Shown: positions 39,272-50,341 of the stretch, in pieces
Layout: each line of letters starts with the position of its first letter
How positions within the stretch are numbered: position 1 is the stretch's first letter
Assembly (NCBI RefSeq): GCF_033153115.1
Contig: NW_026889764.1
Span: forward strand, 9,610,001-9,674,000
From: Saccostrea echinata
Lineage: Eukaryota
DNA length: 64,000 nt
Direction of reading: 5' to 3'
Made by a program: the position numbers and the translations under genes
Notes under the pieces: model-generated
Told to the model about the DNA's origin: nothing
The model's input: only the letters and a program-made list of their open reading frames with translations
Database searches by the model: none

Positions 39272-41826
39272 AACTGTTTGTCTTGATACAGCTTTGAAGT
39301 TTGGGTTCAGCAGTCTTGCTTGTAATTTTACAGAAGATAATTTGAAGTCTTGGTTTACAGGTAAACACTCTTTAATGTTTTTAAAATAACTTTCTCTAAA
39401 CAGGAGAGATTATTTAGATAAAAAGCGTGTGAATTTTATTTTATGGTTCTTGTGGTTTCAGTGTGTCATAAAGGTATAAACTAAGCTATGTAAACTCAGA
39501 TTTAAATGAATAATCTTTATTTATTGACCGAAAACTAAGGAAGCTTCTAAGGGCGGCACCAGTGCCTTTTCTTTATTTTTAATTTTCAATTTTAAATTAC
39601 AAATTAATATGAAACCATCAATTTGAATCACTTAATGTTTTCGATCTAGAATTACAAATTGTTATTTGTGATAACAAATTATTAATTTTTCATTAAAAAT
39701 TATCATTTTCTATTTGCAAATATATAATTTATTATAACAAAGTATCAATTTATAATTTCAAATTTATATTTTTTTTTTTGTAATTCTATATCTATAATTT
39801 ATATTCAGAATTAAAAAAGACACTGGGGGTGGTCTTATAAGAAATCATTATAGAAAACAGTTATATTCTGAGCATTATATACTTAATTTTAGGACCAACG
39901 AATGGGTTTCCTTGTGAGGAGCAGTGTTCGTTAACAGTGAATACAGATCCAAATACAATATACAGACTGAAGAGGGAGAGATTCTGGCTGAACAATACCA
40001 TAAGAAGAGCACTAAATGTCAACAACAGAAATGGATGTCAGACTGAAAATCCAGCGATTGATATAGAAGTGAGATGTATTTTGGATGAGTTTGAAGGTAG
40101 TATATGTATGTTTCTTCATAATGTTTATTTTAGAACTTCAATTGCTGGCTGCTTGATTTTTATTATTAAAGTTATCACAATTCGACTGGAGTATTAAAGC
40201 CTCCTCTCCCTTTTTCGGGGGTGGGGTGTCCCGTTCAGTATATTATGTTTTAATGAATAATATTTATTTGCACCACACTCCTGAAAATGTTTGCTTTTCT
40301 TACATTTTATAGAACACAAATAACAGACATAATTTTTTAAAAAATTTTCATGCAGACTACTTTGGACTTTTGTGTTCAAAAGACACTGATTGCTGGAGGG
40401 CCAATACATTATGCGTTAAATATGGGAAAGTTGGATCGTGCGAATGTAGGAATGGATTTGTTCGGATTTATGGAGATTGTACAGCAGGTACAAGCATCAT
40501 GTCCACAGATTATAAAATTGTGTATCGTTCTCTCTCTCTCTATAATGTTTTTGGGTTACACATCCTAATACAATGATTTTAATAGCTGCAGAAAAATTTA
40601 AAATGGTGGAAGAAACAAACACTGGAATAATAGCAGGAGTCGGTTTTGGATGCTTTGTCTCTGGCGTTGTCATTAGTCTATGCATTGTCGTCATCTATAG
40701 ACAAAGAAATGCCCTACGACAGCACAAGTAAGATATTGATGAATTGTCTAGTAAATGGTCGATGAAACTATCAACAACTGTCGATGATGGAATAGCTACG
40801 ATATAAAGTCACACCAAACAATAGCTATCAATTTGCTTAGTGAAGGCACTTGTTTAAATATTATCCATCTTTGATTTCTTTCAGAGATTCGAATAATGCT
40901 GTTGATAATCGTTCATATGAGAAACATATAGAAATTACGCCATCAAGACAGACTCCTGATATGGTATTTATCATTTAAGTGGTATGGTTCCTGACGATAT
41001 TACTGATATGCTCATTGAAATCACACACACACTCACACACATACACACAATCGGAAAATTCTTATTAATTTCGAAATAATGAGATTTACAATGCTCGAAA
41101 ATTGTTAAAACTTAGATTTCATTGATTTATTATTGAAAAAGCGAAAATAACCATTTTCCCCGAGACACCTACACAGATATAAAATTTATAACAAACACGC
41201 GTTTTTAAGAAAAAAAATACCAATAAATTCTGTTAAGTAATTGTAATTTCCTTTCTTCCATGAGTTTAATTTCTGGTTTGAAATTTCCATTTTTTGTTGT
41301 AACTTTTGCCAAGAAGAAGATATATAATTAAATTTTTGTACCAAATCATTTTTCTTCATCGAATACATTACACAGAAAAACTATTAACACCACTTCAAAC
41401 ATTTTTCTTTATCTGGCGATTTTTTTAAAGATATGTTGTAGCATAAAATAGATATAAAATATGTAATATATTATATTTCCATATTGAATATTAAAAGAAT
41501 ATTTCATTAGCGTTTGTTACAAGAAATGAAAATTTAATGTTTCTTTCTGTTTTCTAAACAAAAAGGTATCTCGTTTGCCACCAACCATCAAAGAAATCAC
41601 CTACTCCAACATTAATGGGGATTCCACAAGTGCAAAAGATGATTTATATAATCACCTGAACGAAGAAGGAAAGGCTACAACTGATTTAGATGATTACATG
41701 TATGACCATGCTAATCCTGTCATGGAACAGATCGAACCGGATGAAGATTACAGTCACCTTACAAATGAAAATGGGCCATTACAAAACACGGACCATTATT
41801 TCTCTTTGGAAAAACATAAATGTTGA
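39272..41826 (+). CDS. Receptor B: paralog of receptor A with a single EB/EGF-like module. Exons 39272-39360, 39893-40096, 40356-40487, 40586-40727, 40885-40963, 41566-41826. Signal-peptide exon not located.
   Basis: Exon sizes (89 and 132 bp) and phases match receptor A. VCLDTALKFG, FPCEEQC, CSKDTDCWRANTLC...CECRNGF...C, TM IIAGVGFGCFVSGVVISLCIVVIY, tail motifs ITYSNI, LYNHL, YDH, DYSHL, DHYFSL. Confidence 0.85.
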
Positions 41827-42748
41827 CGATCTTATATATATATAAGAATTTTTATACATTTCCTATTGTATGTACCATCAGCGCCAGTGCATATGTACTC
41901 GTAAAATGAAAGCAAAAGATGTGACATGCACAATTTTTGCTCTGCTGATTTAGCAGGATCTAGTGTTATTTTGTTAAATAATTGTAAATTTAAAGTCTAT
42001 TTCTACAACGGTAAACAGATCTCACTCTCTCTCTCTCTCTCTCTCATTTATCCACACACAATATTACCATTCAAGACTTAGAAAAAAATCCAAAGTATGG
42101 AAATGTATATATACTTTGGACCGAAATACAACGTAGACAAAATAAGTTCATTATATAACATGTCACGGTACAAAGCAATTAGAGGAAATAGTTACAATTT
42201 TTAAATTTATATTTTAAAATCTGTCCCCCCCCCCCCAAAAAAAAAAAATCATTAGGAGTCTGAATATATATAATATTTTTTTTTTACATGTTTATACAGG
42301 TTAAAATTTATGATGCCGTTACTTTTCTATTTACGTTTCATATATCTTAGATATAAAATCAAAATTTTCTATTTCCTATTTCTGCCCTATCCAGGCTGAG
42401 CTGTGAAACCTGTCCCCTAGCAGTGCAGAAGCAGCTGTAATTTACAGGAAAGTCCTATCTTTATATACAGTAATAAAACAAATAGATGTTTAAAATTTTT
42501 TAATTTTGGTTATCTGACCTTATATAAAAAATACGCCATAATGACTTTAAGCGTTCCAAAAATTGGTGTCCTTCATCTATTAAGGTTTTATTGTTTTAGA
42601 TTTTACAAACCCTTAATCATACTCTTACTCTAACTCCCTTACCAGAGGCACATTCACTGGTATTAGTGCTACCCACCGCTTGTCGAAATCGAAAGTAGCA
42701 AATTTTAGCACATCAAATGAAAGTACACATCAAAAATTAAAATCTGTG

Positions 42749-44806
42749 ATGTCAAACGACAGAGTAAACAACGTAATAGCTTCAATTCAACATGTTATGG
42801 AGCGTAATACAATACCCAGTGAACTGCAGTCGAAAACCTTTAACGATTTTGTTGTGCGGAAGGTTGAAATGGAAATGCGTTTGATGAACATCAATGTAAG
42901 TTGTGTTCAAATCTGGGAAAAATTTGACAGATTGGGACGAGAAAGAAATCCTGAGTGGAAGATGAGTTATTTTTTGCCGGTATACACTGGTAGTTATTCA
43001 GAGGGTATGCCAAACTCTAGCGACATGGACAGACTATTGATAGCGAAATGGATAAACATTCAGGAAGAGGGTACAATTAGTCCTGATGTAAACGAAAACT
43101 CCAAGTGTGATGTTATGAATTTATTCTACACAACTGAAGGCTGTCATTTCGGATATATTAAAATCGTTATATCGAAAGAAATCAAGCACATTTTTAGTGA
43201 CGCTCAAATTAGGAGGTTCAAAAGAGTGTCCTATATGAAAAGTGATTGCTTTATCCAGGACATGAAAACATGGATTGGTGCCCCGCCCCTTTCGGAGCTG
43301 CATGGACCTTCGCTCACGTACAGCGGGTATGAGGGGTTTTCTTATGATGAAGTATACGGTATAAAGATATCAGGGTGGCCATCTCTTGCGAAAAGCACGC
43401 TGGACCGGTGCAATCGGACAACTAAAACTGCCTTACTAAACTCCGATGTATATGCCGTTCCAGTTGGTTATACTCTCAGTGCAACAAAAGATATAGAATG
43501 GAGGTTGTTGTTTACAATGGCAGAAAAAGTCTTTATGAAAACATGGTCTAAAACTCAATTAAATTGCTATTATCTCTTGAAACAATTGAAAATGATACAT
43601 CTTGCCAACCCCGATTGTCTCAAGTCTTATTATATAAAGACTGTGTTGTTCTGGATGTCAGAGGCTTTACCGGTAACTTACTGGTGCCCAGAAAACCTCC
43701 TCAAGTTATTTGCCAAAACGCTACTTATCCTTAAATGGTTCCTTTTTCAGCATTGGCTGCCAAATTATTTTATTCCAGAGAATAACATCATCGACCACAA
43801 ACCAGCAGAGGAATGCCAGACCGTAGCCAATAAGATATCCTCTTTGTTAACTGGCAGAATGGAAGTTGTTATTGCTGAACTTTTATGTGAAGATCAAATC
43901 GAGGATATTTACGATTTTGTGGGCTTAAAAAGAAGTATCATACCACCACGTTCTACAAAAATTTGTCAACTGACGGAAAAATATATTCAAACTCTAAATG
44001 CTGAAATCTCGGGAAATTTGTTAGATGAAGCAGATATATTAAGTTCTTTGACCACGTGTACAATACAGAATTTGTGTCAGTGCAAGGCAATGGAGGAAAT
44101 CATTGAAGACCTGCCAAATTTCTTAACAAAGGAGGTTTCTGGATCATTTTCAGTAATCCTACGTCGAAAAGTTGCAGATTTTTATCATTCTCAGAAAACA
44201 AGACAGTCACACGAAAAGGCAGAGAAACTGTACAAAGATTGCCTTTCCCTAAGATATCCCAATGGATTTGATGACAATTTTATTTCTGGGGTAGCCCACC
44301 TTGCGTTTTTCTATTACCTGAATGGCAACTTTATTGCTGCGCTAGACTCAATAGAACCAACTCTGGAAACCATCAAACAAAGCGTCAAATCAGAGACAAC
44401 ATCTGGCTTTCTTCATATTGCCATACCTTACAGTATCGATAGAGTATGGTGCGATAAAATTTTGTATGACATTTTGCAGTCTCAGTCTTTCTATTATCCA
44501 TTGTACATTAATGTGGTTTCACTAATTCTTTATGTAGCAATAAGATCCCTCCTGCTCTTGTTTGAGCCACATTCCAAAGAAAGGGAACTTTTACAGTTGA
44601 CTGAATTGTTTGTGCAATGTGGACTTCAGAATTTGAACCCATGTTTATTGGACACGTACGATTACCTGATATGTGAAATAAGGGAACTCTTGCTGTCTTG
44701 TTCCATCCCTACACATACTTTATCAACGTATGTGATGCCGCAGATTGCTACAAGAACAGAGAGACTGAAAAATTACCACAACTGGAATGAAAATGGACCA
44801 AAATAA
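42749..44806 (+). CDS. Mab-21/cGAS-like receptor (cGLR) nucleotidyltransferase with helical C-terminal extension, uninterrupted CDS (~685 aa from the first ATG)
   Basis: TGSYSEG..SDMD catalytic motif, HGPS, third Asp in YDEV, GWP, EWRLLFTMAEK, LKSYYIKTVLFW and LPNYFIPENN Mab-21 motifs. The ORF track starts at an upstream TTG (42680). Confidence 0.92.
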   Translation: MSNDRVNNVIASIQHVMERNTIPSELQSKTFNDFVVRKVEMEMRLMNINVSCVQIWEKFDRLGRERNPEWKMSYFLPVYTGSYSEGMPNSSDMDRLLIAKWINIQEEGTISPDVNENSKCDVMNLFYTTEGCHFGYIKIVISKEIKHIFSDAQIRRFKRVSYMKSDCFIQDMKTWIGAPPLSELHGPSLTYSGYEGFSYDEVYGIKISGWPSLAKSTLDRCNRTTKTALLNSDVYAVPVGYTLSATKDIEWRLLFTMAEKVFMKTWSKTQLNCYYLLKQLKMIHLANPDCLKSYYIKTVLFWMSEALPVTYWCPENLLKLFAKTLLILKWFLFQHWLPNYFIPENNIIDHKPAEECQTVANKISSLLTGRMEVVIAELLCEDQIEDIYDFVGLKRSIIPPRSTKICQLTEKYIQTLNAEISGNLLDEADILSSLTTCTIQNLCQCKAMEEIIEDLPNFLTKEVSGSFSVILRRKVADFYHSQKTRQSHEKAEKLYKDCLSLRYPNGFDDNFISGVAHLAFFYYLNGNFIAALDSIEPTLETIKQSVKSETTSGFLHIAIPYSIDRVWCDKILYDILQSQSFYYPLYINVVSLILYVAIRSLLLLFEPHSKERELLQLTELFVQCGLQNLNPCLLDTYDYLICEIRELLLSCSIPTHTLSTYVMPQIATRTERLKNYHNWNENGPK

Positions 44807-45397
44807 AAATGGTTCTGCTTTACAAATGGTCAAAGAACATCAAAAAATTAAAACACAACCTACAATGTTTTATTATGAATTATTACTTAGCTATATTGTA
44901 CATATTAATCTGTATCATCAAAAAATTTATCTATTAAATGCTCATTGCATATTTATTTGGTAATCGAGTCCTTGAAAATGAGACCTTGTCTATACTATAT
45001 TGTAAAATACATGTATGTATTGCATCTTCTTTTCATAGAAAAAGCATAAAATAATTGGAAAGCAAAATCTAGTATCCATTTAATTTTGAAAATGAGTGGA
45101 CACAAAGGAGCGTAATGGCTTACTATATTAATGTGCCTGAAATTTTCTCTGTACTAAAATGAGAAAAAAGCCCTTGAAGGAAATAAAACCAACCACTAAT
45201 TTATTCATTTTTTTAAAAATAAGAACTGGTTTCATCGGCTGGTTATGAAACGTTTCCGTAAGGTTGAACAAACAATCCTCTAAGTACGTGTACATGCATG
45301 AGTGCAGATCTTCATAATATGGCAAAAACAAATTGTGAAAATGAAAGCTGCTGACATTACTATGTAGCTTTATTGATATGGTGAACGCCTACACCTT

Positions 45398-48300
45398 TCA
45401 TTTTTCTTTCGTGGAATTGTTTGAAGACGTGATCACGTGGAACCCACAACCGACGAGGAATTTCGAACCAACCACGTGACTTAACTCATTTACTTCCGCT
45501 TCCGTCTTGGTTTTGTCTGTTGGTCTGGGCATACAAAGCACAAGGAGTAGGAATATTGATAAGCCAGTGGCTAAGTATTGTAATGATTCGTCAAACCTAC
45601 AGCGTAGGCAGAAGTCGGAGCCTTCCATGTCAAATACATTGTTGTCTACGTGGATACAAAAATGTTCCTCCTCAGAATTAGGGACTCGAACATTAATATA
45701 CTGGATAGATTTATCAACTAACTTGTGTAATTTCACAGAAAGATAGCCTGAAAGAACAAAAACTTTATGTGTAAATCAAATACTAAATCTGTTTATTTCA
45801 TTCATGCTTGAATATTTTATTCATGATTTTATTTTTGCACGAAATATCTGAAATGTTTACTTCCATGATGTGAAATTTACATCCCCTCCCCTTATCTGCA
45901 AAATGCCATTTGTGGACAAGAATATCTAGATCATTTTGAATAGCTATCAGTTATTTTATGACTCTCCTTTCTTGATCACTGATTTGCTAAGGACATAGAT
46001 ATGGGCACATATCATTAATATATTAAAATACCTTCTTTCTTGTCTTGTGAACTGATCCATCGTCCCGTCAACACTGCCCAGTCACCTGAAGTTTCTCTGA
46101 TCAACACAGCCCGCTCTCCGAGTCGTGGATCCAAAGTTGCGTACCAGTTCGGATTGGAGACCTGTGTATTAAAGAACAAACTACAGTCTACTTGGAGGAT
46201 TAATTATTGGAATGTTTACGATACTTATTGCACAGACAAAATTAAAATGTACTTGGTATGAGAGCGGTAAATGGATCGAGTCCACAGTCTTTGCTGAGCA
46301 CACAATTTTTCCGTTCTGTATGAACTGTATGTCCGCTTCGGATCGATGAGGGCTGTACACGAATCTACATTCAATATCGCCAACAGCGTTCTCGCTTATA
46401 AATCTAGTAAATTTAAACATAAAATTATATATAACATCGTTTCATTCTTTGTTTTCAGAAAAAAAAGTTTTTAATTATAAAGACATTTAAGTCTCTTTCA
46501 ATTACTGCATAAAACTCCCATGAATTTAGAACTTTTTCTGAGTCTTTTTCAATCACTGCATAAAACTACCATATGCATGGATTTAGAACTCTTTTTCTGA
46601 GCAGTGTTCAGAGCTTCCCTAAATTAAGTTCCAACTAGTGTCTTACCTGTGTTGGGCAACATAGCCAGCCCCGCACTCTTTAGGTTCTAGTTTTGTTGAT
46701 TCTATCGGAAACACTCTGTCTATATCGTGAGGAACAACACACACGGAGAGCTTTCCAGTTTTGAAGGAGTAATACATATCCGGGTAAAGTTCTGTGATGC
46801 ACCCAGAGACGTAGGCAAGGTTTTTATCCTCCCCCTCTAAAGAAACTGCTTCTTGGAAGCAATGAACACTTGAGCGATCTAACAAAAGATGTAGGTCAAT
46901 TTTACCTTTGCCTACTATTACTTCACGGGAGAAAATAGTACCTTTTCGTACTTTAAGATGGAAAATTAGCCATCGCTGGGAATGTAAGCTACATGAAAAA
47001 AGTTCATTCGCAGTCCATACCATGGTTGGTCCAAAAAGTTCAAATGTTGGTTTTCGAGTTTTATTTTGATCTTCTGCTAAAAATATTTGTAAAGTGAAAT
47101 CGAGGCCATATTCGCCATCTGGAATTCTATCAATAGATATTGACTCTAATTTTAATTGTAGTCCGAGTCTGGAATGTGTTCGATCATCTACAGCACATAT
47201 AGGAGAGTATAGTTCTTCTGGTGATGGACCACGATACATGGCCCCTGGCGTATTAAAGTCTTCTTGATACATTTCTCGCCACAGGCGTCTTGTGTCGATT
47301 GTAGATAAAGTTAGCTTGGAATCTGGGGACCTATCTACGGTGGTATCGTCGTGAACTAAAACTTTACCCAAGAGGCGGGTTGTATCATCTTTGTAGGCTA
47401 AGGGATGTAACTGGTGTGTGTGCCAAATCAAATCCTGATCGTAACAGGGTACAATAAAGAGTTTGTAGGAATTTTTGCGAAGGAAAAGAAATTTCTGGTA
47501 TCTCTGGACAGACAATGTTAGGAATTTCCTGTCGCGATAGTGAGGCAGAGAAACATTGTAATAAAAACAACTCTGACGAGATATTGCTGCCTCTAAATCG
47601 TAAGAGATACTAGATTTGAACTCTATCCCAGAGGAAGCATCTAGCATTTTCTCCATAGTTAGGTCAACTTCAAAAGGCTCGTTCTTATACTTTTCATTCC
47701 ATAATTGTTTTGAACGCTTCAGTACATACTCTCTGTCATGGTTACGAACCAAGCGATGGTTGATGGTGGCTCCAAATAATGTCTCACAATCTTTCTCATA
47801 AGTAACAGGACACAATAAATGACAGTGCCAAAGCCATTCAATATCTAGAGGTGCTGTCAAACGCTCCTGCGCATGCTCAGCAGCTAGAGGAAGCCACAAT
47901 TGTTCATATCTTCTTCTGGTATTTTGGATGTGTTTGACAGAGGATAATGCCGGGTATTTGTTTACAGAAGACAAAAACTCTATTTGTGCCAGGGCCGCTT
48001 CTACAAGGTCGACACTAAAGGTTTGACTTAAGGCCTGTTTATTGCACTCGGAGGCTGACACTGGAATTTTAAAATATTTTAAGAAATATTGATTGAAAAC
48101 AGTGAAGCAATTCTCATCAAAAGAAATGTTACACAATACAATTAAAATATTTTGTAAATTCTTTTCTATAAAATACTAGATGAACATTTTTGTTCCCAGC
48201 TCATGCTTAATATTTAATCCATCTTGTTTATATACATAATAAAAGCAGCATGTAGCATTTATTATTTTTTTTCTTTATGTATGTATTTCATATACTTGTA

Positions 48301-48411
48301 AAGTACTAATATAAAGATTTTCAAGAAAACTCTTTTGCAGAAAGAAGACTCACATTTCTTGCCATCCACAAATGAAATTCTTGCAATGTTGTCTCTTTTT
48401 GTTCCTTCCAT
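45398..48411 (-). CDS. Glycine-rich domain-containing protein (GRDP/DUF1399)-like. Coding exons 48411-48354, 48060-46647, 46403-46253, 46161-46032, 45747-45398.
   Basis: Duplicated GRDP motifs DLV.AA..Q..FL, RYE.LWLPL, PLDIEWLWHCHLL.P..Y and DL.AA..RQ..FY, VP.YD.DLIWHTHQLHP..Y, HDDT..DRS. All junctions are GT/AG and phase-compatible. Confidence 0.9.
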
Positions 48412-49250
48412 ATTTCTATGCTTAAAAAGAAAATAGTAGAATGACAAGTTTGAAATGCACAAGGGAGTTCACAATGTATTTGTGGAAATTTTAAATTACT
48501 TGTAAGATTCACAGCATAATACATACTAATGTTTTCTTTATTTGATTTTTATCATAAATTTAGATTTATAGAAAGGACAACAATCAAAATTACACTGTGA
48601 AGAAGTTTTTAAGATAATTACGGAAAGTTTAAGCAGTTGGAATTCAGAAAGGTTCAAGACTCACATGGATAAATTTTGTTAATGTATAAATGTATAATTA
48701 ATACAACAGATCCTTGAAAAATATTAAATGAATTTGAAAGAATCCACAGTGTCTCAACCAAAAAATCAATTTGTGGACGACTGATTTTGTGTGATTTTTC
48801 TGATCAGGGGTATTAAAAACTAAATAACACACAGCTGCAAACATTGACCCCCCCCCCCCCCCAAAAAAAACAACTTAGAATGGTCTAAGGCTTTGTACTA
48901 GTGTCATGTTGATTTATGGGTCTGAAATGATTGTTTTGTTGGTCTTTTCTATTTTTAAGGGATCAAAGTATAAATACATGTATATACAGCATAATTATAT
49001 GTTTTCTTTCTCGTTTTCTTTGATTATTTAGTTAAACATGTATCTATTTCCTTCTTTATTTTAATATTGTCCTTTAATATGGAATTTGTTTTCATTTTGT
49101 GACAGAAATAATTATGTGAAAACTATGTAAAACACCTTACAATTAGAAAATTGAAAGGGGAAAGGATGGTGTGACTGTCACCAAACTAATCATTCACATG
49201 CTTTCTAGATTAATTTGCAACTTAGGTAGAACAAATACTAGTAGACTGTA

Positions 49251-49286
<36 letters not shown>

Positions 49287-50341
49287 ATGAAACTTTCTTT
49301 ATGAACCCCAGTTCCATTTGCTTTATGTGTAAATAGTTGTGCCAATTGTTCACTTGAATACACACAGGTGTTCAATGCAACGAAATATAAAAGTTACTAA
49401 TTAAAATTTTTCTTTTACCTGAAGAGAGTAGAACTTTATACTGGAAAACCTTACTGTTTTCTTGGTCTGTAGCGCCGTTTATGATCCTTGTATAAGTTGT
49501 ATACATATACGAGACTACGCTTGATTGATTGTTTACATTAACATTGTTGCGAAACGAAGCCGCTTCTCAGGTAAACAAATGAAGAGTTCTTACAAGGAGA
49601 GTAACTCTGGATTTACTTGATTCATCGAATAAATTCATATATAAATTCATGAATAAATGAAAAATGAATAAGTAATTAAATAAATGAATAAATAAATATG
49701 TAAATGAATAGATAAATAAATAAGTAAGTAAATAAATAAATAGAAACCTTCAAAAACAACCAATAGTTTTTTTCATAACTTACATGCACGATATATATAT
49801 ATATTTTTTTAAATCGCTTTATANNNNNNNNNNNNNNNNNNNNNNNNNNNNNNNNNNNNNNNNNNNNNNNNNNNNNNNNNNNNNNNNNNNNNNNNNNNNN
49901 NNNNNNNNNNNNNNNNNNNNNNNNNNNNNNNNNNNNNNNNNNNNNNNNNNNNNAATGATAATAAAGAATACAATAATTTTTTTTCATTAATTTTAATCAA
50001 TAAATAAATTCATCACACTGAGCTCGAGTTATAAAGACAAACAAATCTCTTAATTTACTAGCATATTAAGTATATGTATGTATAAATACCGGCATGTATC
50101 TAGCAGATAAATACATGTACCGGCATGTATCGAGCCAGATAATCTAGTAATGCAACATCTCCCTGATGTTCCTTGTATAAACAAACGTGTGTTCTACTTA
50201 ATCTTACTAAACATCACATTAAATTTAGTAATATTATGTGCCTAATATAGCCTCAAGACGAATGTTCCTATTTACAAGTGCAGTGAAATGTACTTTGCTT
50301 TCTACTTTTGAACATATCAATCTGCGAATTAATTAGCATCA

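Larger units (their letters stand above)
19010..49953. other. Six assembly gaps (N runs): 19010-19147, 32817-32967, 33928-34089, 34986-35153, 35410-35564, 49824-49953
   Basis: Directly visible. ORFs spanning them are artefacts. Confidence 0.98.

Noticed and set aside
39211-39297. ATG-initiated hydrophobic peptide MELNRRLNSLPAYLLYFMFTELFVLIQL as the signal peptide of receptor B
   Set aside because: It is out of frame with the conserved exon and ends in a stop. Homology with receptor A places a splice acceptor at 39271/39272.
18944-50000. ORFs containing long X runs
   Set aside because: These are artefacts of translating through N gaps.
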